DNA of 64,000 bases from an uncultured Anaerolineae bacterium (lineage in GTDB: Bacteria; Chloroflexota; Anaerolineae; Anaerolineales; Villigracilaceae). Made by a program: the position numbers and the translations under genes. The notes below the pieces were generated by a model. That model was not told the origin of the DNA. It saw only the letters and a list, made by a program, of their open reading frames with translations, and did no database searches. Positions 47,019 through 55,854 of the stretch are shown one piece after another. Each line of letters opens with the position of its first letter. Positions within the stretch are counted from its first letter, which is position 1. The stretch covers positions 1-64,000 of the forward strand of contig CAIJPN010000114.1 of NCBI GenBank assembly GCA_903822545.1, given 5' to 3'.

Positions 47019-48044
47019 ATGTTTGGTTTCAACTACATCAAAATCCCCCCATCCCATTATGTAATGCAATATAGCGGCGGGAAACTGGTGCGCTCGGGCG
47101 CAGGGCTGGCGTTTTTCTACTTCCAGCCGTCCACCTCGCTGGTGGTGATCCCGGTTGCCAGCGCAGATGTGCCGTTCATCTTCAACGAAATCAGCGGCGA
47201 CTTCCAGGCCGTCACCCTTCAGGGACAGCTCACCTTCCGCATCAAAGAGCCGCAAAAGCTGGCGCAGCTGCTCAATTACACCGTGGCTGGCGGGTCAGAG
47301 AAATACATCTCCGAAGACCCGCAAAAACTGCCCCAGCGCCTGATCAACCTGCTGCAAGTGCTGGTGCGTGCCGAAGTCCAGCGGCTGCCGCTGCGCGAGG
47401 CAATTTACGCTTCTGAGCAGGTAGCCACCTCGGTGTTTGGCAAATTCGCCGGGAGCGAAGCGCTCACCACCCTGGGCGTGGAGATGCTGGCGCTTTCCAT
47501 CCAGGCCATCCGCCCAACGCCAGAAATGTCGCGCGCGCTCGAAGCCGAAGCGCGCGAAGAGCTGCTGCGCCGCGCCGACCAGGCCATCTACGACCGGCGC
47601 AACTCAGCGGTCGAGCAGGAACGGCGCATTAAGGAAAACGAACTCAACACCGAAATCGCCGTTGAAGAGAAAAAGCGCCAGATCCGCGAAACGAAAGTGG
47701 AAGCCGACCTGGCAGTGGAATCGAAAGAACAACAGGTGCGCCAGACCAAACTGAACGGTGAGATCGCCCTGGAAACTGAACGCAAAAACCTGGTGGCGGC
47801 GCGCGCCGAAAATGCCCGCGCAGAAGCCGACGCCCAGGCCTATGCTGTTGAAGCTTCACTGAAAGCCTTCATACAACTGCCGCCAGAAGTGCTGCAAATG
47901 CTCACCATCCAGTCATCCGACCCTCGTAAAATGGTCAGCCTGGCCTTTAAGGAACTGGCCCAAAACGCCGGGAAAATCGGCAACCTGAATATTTCGCCCG
48001 ACCTGCTCCAGTCATTGCTGGACGCCCGAGAGCAGGGAAAATAG
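47019..48044 (+). CDS. SPFH/band-7 domain protein (soluble, no N-terminal TM)
   Basis: SPFH core (GLAFFYFQPSTSLVVIPV...FRIKEPQKL...) followed by an EA/ER-rich coiled coil (ALEAEAREELLRRADQAIYDRRNSAVEQERRIKENELNTEIAVEEKKRQ); RBS CAGGAGG. Confidence 0.75.
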   Translation: MFGFNYIKIPPSHYVMQYSGGKLVRSGAGLAFFYFQPSTSLVVIPVASADVPFIFNEISGDFQAVTLQGQLTFRIKEPQKLAQLLNYTVAGGSEKYISEDPQKLPQRLINLLQVLVRAEVQRLPLREAIYASEQVATSVFGKFAGSEALTTLGVEMLALSIQAIRPTPEMSRALEAEAREELLRRADQAIYDRRNSAVEQERRIKENELNTEIAVEEKKRQIRETKVEADLAVESKEQQVRQTKLNGEIALETERKNLVAARAENARAEADAQAYAVEASLKAFIQLPPEVLQMLTIQSSDPRKMVSLAFKELAQNAGKIGNLNISPDLLQSLLDAREQGK

Positions 48045-48085
48045 CCGCAGAGGGTGCGGCGCACTTTCCCAGGCTGGAGACGCCC

Positions 48086-49012
48086 TTGGATTACGAAAAA
48101 ATCATCCTGGTAACGCGCAAAACGCGGCTCGAGGGGCTGGTCGAGCGCTTCAACACGCGCGGCCAGGCCAAATTCTACCTGGAGCACAGCGGCGGCGATT
48201 TCTCGTTCTACGAGCGCGAACACGAAACCTACTACCGAGCCGTGGCCGCGCTGCGCGCCGAGCTTTCCAAGATCACCAAATTGCAGGAAATCGAACGCGG
48301 ATTCCTGCCCAATTTTGTTTTTGCCGAAACCGATCTCATCGTCACGGTGGGGATTGACGGGCTGGTAGTGAATACCGCCAAATACCTGGATGGCCAGCCG
48401 ATCATCGCTGTCAACCCCGACCCGGCTCACATCGACGGAATCCTGCTCCCGTTTAATGTGGCGCGTGCCCCGCTGGCAGCCCGCCAGGTGCAAAAGGGAC
48501 AGTTCAAGGTACGGCAGATCAGCATGGCCGAGGCTAAACTCAACGACGGGCAAACCCTTCTGGCGTTCAACGATCTGTTCATCGGGGTAAAAAGCCACAT
48601 TTCAGCGCGTTATCTCATCCGCAGCGGTGGACAGGAGGAGCACCACTCCTCCAGCGGGGTGATTGTCTCCACCGGGGTGGGTTCTACCGGCTGGTTGAGC
48701 AGCCTGTTCAACATGGCCAACGGCATCCTGACAGGCTTTGCCGCGGATGGCAAACCGCTGCCGCCCTTCCGCCTGGATTGGGAAGCCGACCAGCTGGTTT
48801 TTGTGGTGCGCGAACCGTTTGCCAGCAAAACAACCAGCGCGGCCATCACCTGCGGGCGGGTTCTGCCACAATCGCCGCTGCAAATCGAATCCGAAATGTC
48901 GGATGGCGGCGTCATCTTCAGCGACGGGGTCGAAGCCGATTTCCTGGCCTTCAACGCCGGGGCGGTGGCAACAATTGGTCTGGCCGAGAAAAAGACCCGT
49001 CTGGTGGTTTAA
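48086..49012 (+). CDS. NAD-kinase-fold (NadK/DAGK_cat-like) protein with a degenerate GGDG motif
   Basis: DLIVTVGIDGLVVNTAKYLDGQPIIAVNPDP aligns to NadK ...DLVVVLGGDGTLL...PVLGIN..., and SGVIVSTGVGSTGWLSSLF aligns to NadK ...[21 protein letters not shown].... The second Gly of GGDG is replaced by Ile. 42-nt gap after the SPFH gene. Confidence 0.6.
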   Translation: MDYEKIILVTRKTRLEGLVERFNTRGQAKFYLEHSGGDFSFYEREHETYYRAVAALRAELSKITKLQEIERGFLPNFVFAETDLIVTVGIDGLVVNTAKYLDGQPIIAVNPDPAHIDGILLPFNVARAPLAARQVQKGQFKVRQISMAEAKLNDGQTLLAFNDLFIGVKSHISARYLIRSGGQEEHHSSSGVIVSTGVGSTGWLSSLFNMANGILTGFAADGKPLPPFRLDWEADQLVFVVREPFASKTTSAAITCGRVLPQSPLQIESEMSDGGVIFSDGVEADFLAFNAGAVATIGLAEKKTRLVV

Positions 49013-49152
49013 CCCGGGGTTATCCAGGCCGCACCCAGGCATTATTCCATGCCAATTCCAGCATCGACAGAATGTACCGATTGCATATCGGCTAATTTTG
49101 CTATAATGAACCTGTATCCACTGACCGTACCCTGATTTTCCTGCCCCGGGAG

Positions 49153-49683
49153 GTGCCCATGCAGACGACTTATGACCCCACGCGTGAGTTACAAGTAGGC
49201 GATACCGCGTCGATGAGCAAGCTGGTCAGCGATGAAGATGTGCGTGTTTTCGCAGAAATCAGCGGCGACAAGAATCCTGTTCACCTGGATGATGCTTTCG
49301 CCGCTACAACGGTGTTCAAAAAGCGCATTGCACACGGGGCCTTGAGCAGTGCACTCATCTCAGCCGTGCTGGGCATGGTGATGCCTGGCCCTGGAACCAT
49401 CTATCTCTCCCAAAACTTAAAATTCAAAGCGCCGGTCTATATCGGTGATCAAATCACAGCACGGGTGGCAGTGACTGCCTATCGCGCCGATAAACGCATC
49501 GCCACACTCAATACCCAGGTTTTTAATCAGGATGAAAAGCTGGTAATGGAAGGCGAAGCTGTGGTGATTGCACCGCTGCCGAAACCGTCTCCCTGGTACA
49601 AAAAACTCGAACGCTTCCTTTCCAGCCAGTTGCTGCGCTGGATGCGCTTCCTGCGCCTTGAAAAACGCCAGGAAACCAGGTAA
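49153..49683 (+). CDS. MaoC-like (R)-specific enoyl-CoA hydratase (PhaJ-type) with an atypical ~35-aa C-terminal extension
   Basis: Hot-dog fold motifs (GDKNPVHLDDAFAATTVFKKRIAHGAL; ...VAVTAYRADKRIATLNTQVF...GEAVVIAP). The extension PSPWYKKLERFLSSQLLRWMRFLRLEKRQETR is not typical of PhaJ. Confidence 0.75.
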   Translation: MPMQTTYDPTRELQVGDTASMSKLVSDEDVRVFAEISGDKNPVHLDDAFAATTVFKKRIAHGALSSALISAVLGMVMPGPGTIYLSQNLKFKAPVYIGDQITARVAVTAYRADKRIATLNTQVFNQDEKLVMEGEAVVIAPLPKPSPWYKKLERFLSSQLLRWMRFLRLEKRQETR

Positions 49684-49831
49684 ACCTTTTAATCTGGATG
49701 AAAAGCTGGTGGTGGATGGTGAAGCCGTGGTGGTCGCACCAAAGCCAGAAGCTTAATCACCGTATGCGCCCTTTGACTGCGCTCAGGGCAAGCGATATAT
49801 TTCCATCCCATTCCCAAAGAAGGAGTAAGCT

Positions 49832-50311
49832 ATGGCAAACTGGAACTCGCAATTCGACGATATGATGAAATCTTGGAATGACACCCAGAAAAAAGCCTGG
49901 GATAGTTATTTCGAGACCATGCAAGGGTTGAATAAATCGCAAACCACCCGCGCATGGGAGTCAACGCTGGCGATGGGTGAGCAAATGCTCAAGGATATGC
50001 TCAAAGCCCAGTCGCAGGGGCTGGCGGCCTGGGTGGATGGGCTGGCCAAGATGGAAGGCGTACCGCCCCAGATGGTTGAATCGGCCAAACAATACCAACA
50101 GATGGTCAACCAGTGGAACAAGACCCAGGCTGACCTGATGGAAAACTGGTTTGCCATGATGAAGAAGTTCGCCCCGGCCAACCCCGCCGATGCGTGGACA
50201 GGTATGCCGACAAACATGTTTAAAACCTGGCAGGATTCGACCCAGAGCATCATGGATGCCCAGAACAAATGGATGCGCTCCTGGATGGAGCAGACTGGGA
50301 AACGCGAATGA
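49832..50311 (+). CDS. Phasin-like / PHA-granule-associated protein (hypothetical; Trp/Gln/Met-rich)
   Basis: 159 aa, compositionally similar to the N-terminal region of the downstream PhaE; stop overlaps the phaE start (ATGA), indicating translational coupling. Confidence 0.5.
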   Translation: MANWNSQFDDMMKSWNDTQKKAWDSYFETMQGLNKSQTTRAWESTLAMGEQMLKDMLKAQSQGLAAWVDGLAKMEGVPPQMVESAKQYQQMVNQWNKTQADLMENWFAMMKKFAPANPADAWTGMPTNMFKTWQDSTQSIMDAQNKWMRSWMEQTGKRE

Positions 50312-51411
50312 GCGAAGACAACTGGAGCGAACAAGCCGCTAAAATGACTCAGTCTTGGATGGATGCCCAGCGCACAATGTGGCAGGCCTGGGCAGATATG
50401 GCCAATAGTGCCAAACCTGCCCCAACCTTCGCTGATCTCGCCGACGACTGGCAGAAGATGGCCACCCAGTCGCTGCAAGCCTGGAATTCCGCCGCCGACC
50501 CGATCGCGCGCTCCACTGCCGAACAGGTTATCTCGGCCCAGGCAATTGCGCTGCGCTTCGTGGAGTTTTCAACCAAAGCCTGGGAGAATGCCGCGCCCAA
50601 ATTCAAATCGGGCGAAGACTGGCAGAAGGCGCTCAACGAGACGATGGATGAGTTCCGCAAACGCTGGGTCAATGCGCCCGCCGAGATGGCGGCCATGAAC
50701 CAGGATATGGAATCCATGTGGAAGCTGTACATGGATCAGTGGCGGGCCTTTGGCCAGCCCTGGGAAACCGTTTGGATGCGCGGGCCGGGGTTGTGGGGCC
50801 GCGCCGTGAGCGGCGATTCTGCCGCCATGTTTGAGTTGAGCGATGTGTATCACAACGCCTATAAACAGACTCTCGGTAAGCTGGCTACCAGTCCCAACCT
50901 GGGCATGACCCGCGAATTCAACGCGCGCCTGCTGGAAGGGTTCGACGCCTTCACCGCCGTTAACAACGCCGGGTTGGAATACCAGGCTGTCGTCAATGAA
51001 ACCTGGGAAGCAGCCTTCAAAAAATTTGGCGAAGACCTGGCTGAGTTGGCCGAAAAAGGCCAGAAGATCGAGAATGTGCGCGACCTGGTGGCGCTGTGGA
51101 CCAAAAGCGCCGAAGCGATCTTCCTGGAAATCTTCCGCACCGAGCGTTATACGCTGGCACAGGGCAAATACCTGAACGCCAACATGCGCTATCGCATCGC
51201 CCAGCGCCGCATTATGGAAGAATACCTGGAAATCTTTGACATGCCCACGCGCACCGAGGTTGACGAGGCGCACCGGCGCATCTACGAGCTGGGGAAGGAA
51301 GTTAAGGCGCTGAAAAAGCAATTAAACGGGATGAAAGCCCCGGCTGAGTCTGCCCCGGAGCCTGCTCCAGCGCCGAAAAAATCCACTTCCCGAAAGAAAA
51401 AGGAGGGCTAG
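50308..51411 (+). CDS. phaE: Class III PHA synthase subunit PhaE
   Basis: Conserved C-terminal PhaE block (...WTKSAEAIFLEIFRTERYTLAQGKYLNANMRYRIAQRRIMEEYLEIFDMPTRTEVDEAHRRIYELGKEVKALKKQL); immediately followed by phaC. Confidence 0.75.
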   Translation: MSEDNWSEQAAKMTQSWMDAQRTMWQAWADMANSAKPAPTFADLADDWQKMATQSLQAWNSAADPIARSTAEQVISAQAIALRFVEFSTKAWENAAPKFKSGEDWQKALNETMDEFRKRWVNAPAEMAAMNQDMESMWKLYMDQWRAFGQPWETVWMRGPGLWGRAVSGDSAAMFELSDVYHNAYKQTLGKLATSPNLGMTREFNARLLEGFDAFTAVNNAGLEYQAVVNETWEAAFKKFGEDLAELAEKGQKIENVRDLVALWTKSAEAIFLEIFRTERYTLAQGKYLNANMRYRIAQRRIMEEYLEIFDMPTRTEVDEAHRRIYELGKEVKALKKQLNGMKAPAESAPEPAPAPKKSTSRKKKEG

Positions 51412-51414
51412 GCC

Positions 51415-52491
51415 ATGTTCCCGATCCAGATACGCCCGACCGATGCTGTGCGCGAAGTGGTGGAGATGACCGCCAAAGCCACTCGCAACCTGAGCCAGCT
51501 GCGCGAAAGCCAGGTGGAATATGGCACTGCCCCCAAGGAAGAAGTTTTCCGCGAGGACAATGTGGTGCTGTACCGCTATAAGCCGGTGAAGGAAAAGCTG
51601 TATGAAGTGCCGCTGCTGATTGTGTATGCGCTGGTTAACCGCCCGTACATGGTTGATTTGCAGGAAAACCGCTCACTGGTGCGCAGCCTGCTCGAACTTG
51701 GCATTGATGTGTACCTGATTGACTGGGGCTACCCCAAGCGCAATGACCGCTATATCACCATCGATGACCATGTCAACAGCTACATCGCTGACTGCGTGGA
51801 TTGCATCTGCGAGCGGCACAAATTGAACAAAATCAACATCCTGGCAATTTGCCAGGGCGGCGCATTGAGCCTGTGCTATACCGCGCTGCACCCCGAAAAG
51901 GTGCGCAACCTGGTGACGATGGTCACGCCGGTTGATTTCCACATCAAGGATGGGCTGCTCAACACCTGGGCGGGCTGCGCCTACGGCCCCGAGAGTATGA
52001 ACATCGACGCGATGGTGGAGGCCCAGGGCAACATCCCTGGCGACTTTATGAATATGGGATTCCTGCTGCTCAAGCCTTTCCAGCTAAACGTGGAAAAATA
52101 CCTGGGCCTGACAGACATCCTGGATGACGAGGCCAAGCTGATCAACTTCCTGCGCATGGAAAAGTGGATTTTCGACAGTCCCGACCAGGCTGGGGAGACG
52201 TTCCGCCAGTTCCTGAAAGATTTTTACCAGGGTAACAAACTCATCAAGGGTGAATTCTCGTTGGGCGGGGAGAAGGTTGACCTGAAGAACATCACCATGC
52301 CGGTGCTGAACATTTATGCGGAGGAAGACCACCTCGTTCCACCCGCATCATCTATCGCGCTAAAGGATTATGTCGGCGCGAAGGATTACACCGTCGTTGG
52401 CTACCCGGTCGGGCACATTGGCATGTACGTCAGTGGCAAGGTGCAAAAGGATTTGCCGCCGATGATTGCGAAGTGGTTGAAAGAGCGCTGA
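51415..52491 (+). CDS. phaC: Class III poly(R)-hydroxyalkanoate synthase, PhaC subunit
   Basis: 358 aa, alpha/beta-hydrolase with a lipase-box-like ILAICQGGALSLCY (catalytic Cys); the size and phaE-phaC adjacency are diagnostic for class III. RBS GGAGGG. Confidence 0.85.
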   Translation: MFPIQIRPTDAVREVVEMTAKATRNLSQLRESQVEYGTAPKEEVFREDNVVLYRYKPVKEKLYEVPLLIVYALVNRPYMVDLQENRSLVRSLLELGIDVYLIDWGYPKRNDRYITIDDHVNSYIADCVDCICERHKLNKINILAICQGGALSLCYTALHPEKVRNLVTMVTPVDFHIKDGLLNTWAGCAYGPESMNIDAMVEAQGNIPGDFMNMGFLLLKPFQLNVEKYLGLTDILDDEAKLINFLRMEKWIFDSPDQAGETFRQFLKDFYQGNKLIKGEFSLGGEKVDLKNITMPVLNIYAEEDHLVPPASSIALKDYVGAKDYTVVGYPVGHIGMYVSGKVQKDLPPMIAKWLKER

Positions 52492-52513
52492 TGCTTGACG
52501 ATTAACACAAAAA

Positions 52514-52543
52514 GGCCAGGGTTGTGCAGACCTGGCCTTTTTG
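52514..52543. terminator. Bidirectional terminator between phaC (+) and the BCCP gene (-)
   Basis: AAAAAGGCCAGG-gttgtgcaga-CCTGGCCTTTTTG. Confidence 0.7.
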
Positions 52544-52592
52544 CGCTAGAAAAGGGGAGAAGCTTTGTGAACTCCGTCTCTCCCTGGCGAAT

Positions 52593-53093
52593 CTACTCGT
52601 GTGCTCGTTCCAACTCGACCAAAACTTGCTCGCGTTCGACTGTCTGTCCGGTTTTAACCGGGATTTTTTTGACCATGCCATCGAACGGAGCCGCCACCTT
52701 AATCTCCATCTTCATGGCCTCGACGATGACCAGCGTTTGGCCTTTCGTCACCGCATCGCCAGGGTTGACCAGCACGGCGCGCACCTGCCCCGGCATGGGA
52801 GAGACCAACTCGCCGCCCGTGTGATGCCCAGATGCGCGCGTTTTGCCAACCCCGGCCGATTTTGCCAGCACAAACGTCTGCCCGCCGAGCGTAACCCAAC
52901 GCCTGGCCCCGCTGGATGAAACGTAAGCCGTCACTTTGCGGGCGCTGCCGTCCGCCTGGCGCAGTTGCAGTTCCATGCGGCCATTTTCGGCGCGCAAGAT
53001 TTCGGCGGCAAGCTCCTGCCCGTCGATTTTGAGCATGTAGCTCTTGCCAGTGGGAGTCAACTCCAGGGAATGGGAATCAAGTTTTAGTTTCAT
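52593..53093 (-). CDS. Biotin carboxyl carrier / biotin-lipoyl attachment domain protein
   Basis: C-terminal biotinylation motif EAMKMEIKVAAPFDGMV; start ATG at 53093 overlaps the accC stop (ATGA coupling). The N-terminal half is atypical for AccB. Confidence 0.7.
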   Translation of the reverse strand: MKLKLDSHSLELTPTGKSYMLKIDGQELAAEILRAENGRMELQLRQADGSARKVTAYVSSSGARRWVTLGGQTFVLAKSAGVGKTRASGHHTGGELVSPMPGQVRAVLVNPGDAVTKGQTLVIVEAMKMEIKVAAPFDGMVKKIPVKTGQTVEREQVLVELERAHE

Positions 53094-54592
53094 CGTGTTT
53101 CTCCCAGCCGAAAGCCGCTGCCGCTCTTCCACGGGCTGAAAGCATCCGGCTCGGCGCTGGCAGTAGATTGCTGGGGCCGGGCACCAGACATCTCGGCCAG
53201 CGCCGCCGCTGCCAGGGCGGAAAAATCTGCTACGGGGGGAGTCCAGCCCGCCAGCGCAGATTCAACCCAACGGGTGGTCACTTTCCCGGCGGCAAAATCA
53301 TCATGTAGCAAAACCGCCTGCAAAAAATCGACATTGTTCAAAACGCCGTGCAGCACCGTGCCGCGCAGCGCCGCCAGCATGCGCCGGATGGCCGCCGGGC
53401 GGTCTTCGGCATACACGATCAGCTTGGCGAGCAGCGGATCGTAATAGTGGCTGACCTGGCTGCCGGTTTCGATGCCCGCATCCACGCGGATGCCCGGCCC
53501 GCGCGGCTCGATAAATTGCAACACCGGCCCGGTGGACGGCAGGAAGCCGCCAGGCACATCCTCGGCGTACAGGCGGCACTCGATGGCGTGCCCACGCTGG
53601 GTCAGGTCAACCTGCGCAAACGGGAAGCGCTCGCCCGCCGCCACACGCAGCTGCCACTGCGCCAGGTCCAGCCCGGTAACCAGCTCGGTAACGGGGTGTT
53701 CCACTTGCAGGCGCGTATTCATCTCAAGGAAGTAAAAAGAAGCCGCAGAAGGGTCGAAAATAAATTCCACCGTGCCCGCGTTCTGGTAGCCCACTGCCCC
53801 GGCGGCCTTCACCGCCGCCGCGCCCATCTCGGCGCGCAGTTCGGGCGTGAGCAGCGGCGAGGGGCTTTCTTCGATAATCTTCTGGTGGCGGCGCTGCACC
53901 GAACATTCTCGCTCAAAAAGGTGCACAATATGGCCGAAACTATCGCCAAACACCTGGATTTCGATGTGATGGGCGTTTTCGACGTATTTTTCAACCAGCA
54001 GGCGCTCATCGCCAAAGGCATTTTGGGATTCGCGCCGGGCCGATTCCAACGCTTCGGGCATTTCCCGCGCGGACCGGACGACCCGCATCCCTTTCCCGCC
54101 GCCCCCGGCAGCGGCCTTCACTAAAACAGGATACCCGATGCTTTCCGCCGCTGCGAGGAACTGTTCCAGCGCCGAAAGTCCCTCCGCCCCCGGAACAGTC
54201 GGCACGCCCGCCGCTTTCATCGAAATCTTGGACTCAGCCTTATCCCCCATGGCGCGGATGGCGCTGGCCGGTGGGCCGATAAACACCAGCCCGGCCTCCT
54301 TAACCGCCGCCGCGAACCCGGCATTTTCCGAGAGAAAGCCATAGCCGGGGTGAATAGCCTCCGCACCGGTAGATTTCGCCGCCGCGATGAATTTTTCAAT
54401 GTTGAGATACGACTCGCGCGGGGCCGCCGGGCCGAGCAGCACGGCTTCATCAGCGAAGCGGGTGTGCAGGGCCTCGGCATCCGCATCCGAGTAGACCGCC
54501 ACGCTCCTCACGCCCAACTCTTGGCAGGCGCGCATGATGCGAATGGCGATTTCTCCACGATTGGCAATCAGGATTTTATTGAACACGGGCAC
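53090..54592 (-). CDS. accC: Biotin carboxylase (AccC/PycA-like, 500 aa)
   Basis: MPVFNKILIANRGEIAIRIMRACQELGV..., ATP-grasp motifs (GGGGKGMRVV); ~50 aa longer than typical AccC. Confidence 0.85.
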   Translation of the reverse strand: MPVFNKILIANRGEIAIRIMRACQELGVRSVAVYSDADAEALHTRFADEAVLLGPAAPRESYLNIEKFIAAAKSTGAEAIHPGYGFLSENAGFAAAVKEAGLVFIGPPASAIRAMGDKAESKISMKAAGVPTVPGAEGLSALEQFLAAAESIGYPVLVKAAAGGGGKGMRVVRSAREMPEALESARRESQNAFGDERLLVEKYVENAHHIEIQVFGDSFGHIVHLFERECSVQRRHQKIIEESPSPLLTPELRAEMGAAAVKAAGAVGYQNAGTVEFIFDPSAASFYFLEMNTRLQVEHPVTELVTGLDLAQWQLRVAAGERFPFAQVDLTQRGHAIECRLYAEDVPGGFLPSTGPVLQFIEPRGPGIRVDAGIETGSQVSHYYDPLLAKLIVYAEDRPAAIRRMLAALRGTVLHGVLNNVDFLQAVLLHDDFAAGKVTTRWVESALAGWTPPVADFSALAAAALAEMSGARPQQSTASAEPDAFSPWKSGSGFRLGETR

Positions 54593-54968
54593 CTTTTTTG
54601 AACGAGGTAAGGAAAAGTTTGGTTTTTTAATACACGGGTGAAACGGATTATGCAGATGAACACAGATTTATTTCTTTTGATCTATCTATGCACATCTGTA
54701 AATCCGTGTACAAACTTCAAAATGCGGCGCAAATTGTCCGCAAAATTGGACTGAATATACCACAGCGTTCTTTTCCGCTGCGAATCGTTCCCAAAGAAAA
54801 CAGCAATTATCAAAATTTGTAAATAACCGCAGTGAAAGGTATAATGTTTTTGCGCGTGTATCCTTTTTCGGGAACGCGACGCGTTAAGCTCGCTGGAAAA
54901 ATAAAATCAAACTGGCCTGGGGATGCAGCGCCAGCCCGGACTCTACCATTTCACCTTCGGAGGGTACC

Positions 54969-55854
54969 CGTGTCTACAACGACAGTTGTATCACCCGCGC
55001 TATCGCGCAAAAAAGTGACCACCCTGGCACTGCGCCAGAAAAAAGAAAACGGTGAGCCAATCACCATGCTCACTGCCTATGATTATCCCACCGCCCTGGC
55101 CGTTGACCAGGCTGGTATCGATTCTATCCTGGTTGGCGATTCACTCGGGATGGTAGTTTTGGGCTACGAAAACACCCTGCCCGTTACCATGGACGAGATG
55201 CTACATCACTGTCGGGCTGTCTCGCGCGGGGCCAAAGCTGCCCTGCTGGTTGGCGACATGCCATTTATGTCGTACCAGGTTTCGGTGGAAGATGCGGTGC
55301 GCAATGCCGGGCGCTTCTTACAGCAGGCCGGCATGGATGCCATTAAGCTGGAAGGCGGGCGCGAACGCGCCGCAGCCATCCGCCAAATTACCGGCGCGGG
55401 CATCCCGGTGATGGGGCACTTGGGGCTGACCCCGCAATCCATCCACCAGCTGGGCGGATACCGCGCCCAGGGCAAGAACGCCCTGACCGCCAAAAAACTT
55501 CTCGACGATGCGCTTTTGCTCCAGGATGCGGGTTGCTTCAGCCTCGTCCTGGAATCTGTCCCGGCGCGATTGGCTGGATTTATCTCGAAAAAACTGGAAA
55601 TCCCAACCATAGGCATCGGCGCGGGTGCTGGCTGTGATGGCCAGGTGCTGGTAACTCACGACCTGCTGGGACTGTTCGAGCGTTTTACACCCAAATTTGT
55701 TAAAAAATATGCCAGCCTGAACGCTGAAATGAAACGCGCTTTTGGCGAATATCTCACCGATGTGCAAAACCATAATTTCCCGGGTGCCGAACACAGCGTA
55801 GAAATGCCGGAAGACGAATGGGATGCATTTTTGAAGGAAAATGGCCATGAGTGA
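54969..55854 (+). CDS. panB: 3-methyl-2-oxobutanoate hydroxymethyltransferase
   Basis: TMLTAYDYP...LVGDSLGMVVLGYENTLPVT...GHLGLTPQS...IGIGAG... (KPHMT signature). Start set to GTG at 54969 (RBS GGAGGG, 5-nt spacer); the track ORF begins earlier (54832) without support. Confidence 0.8.
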
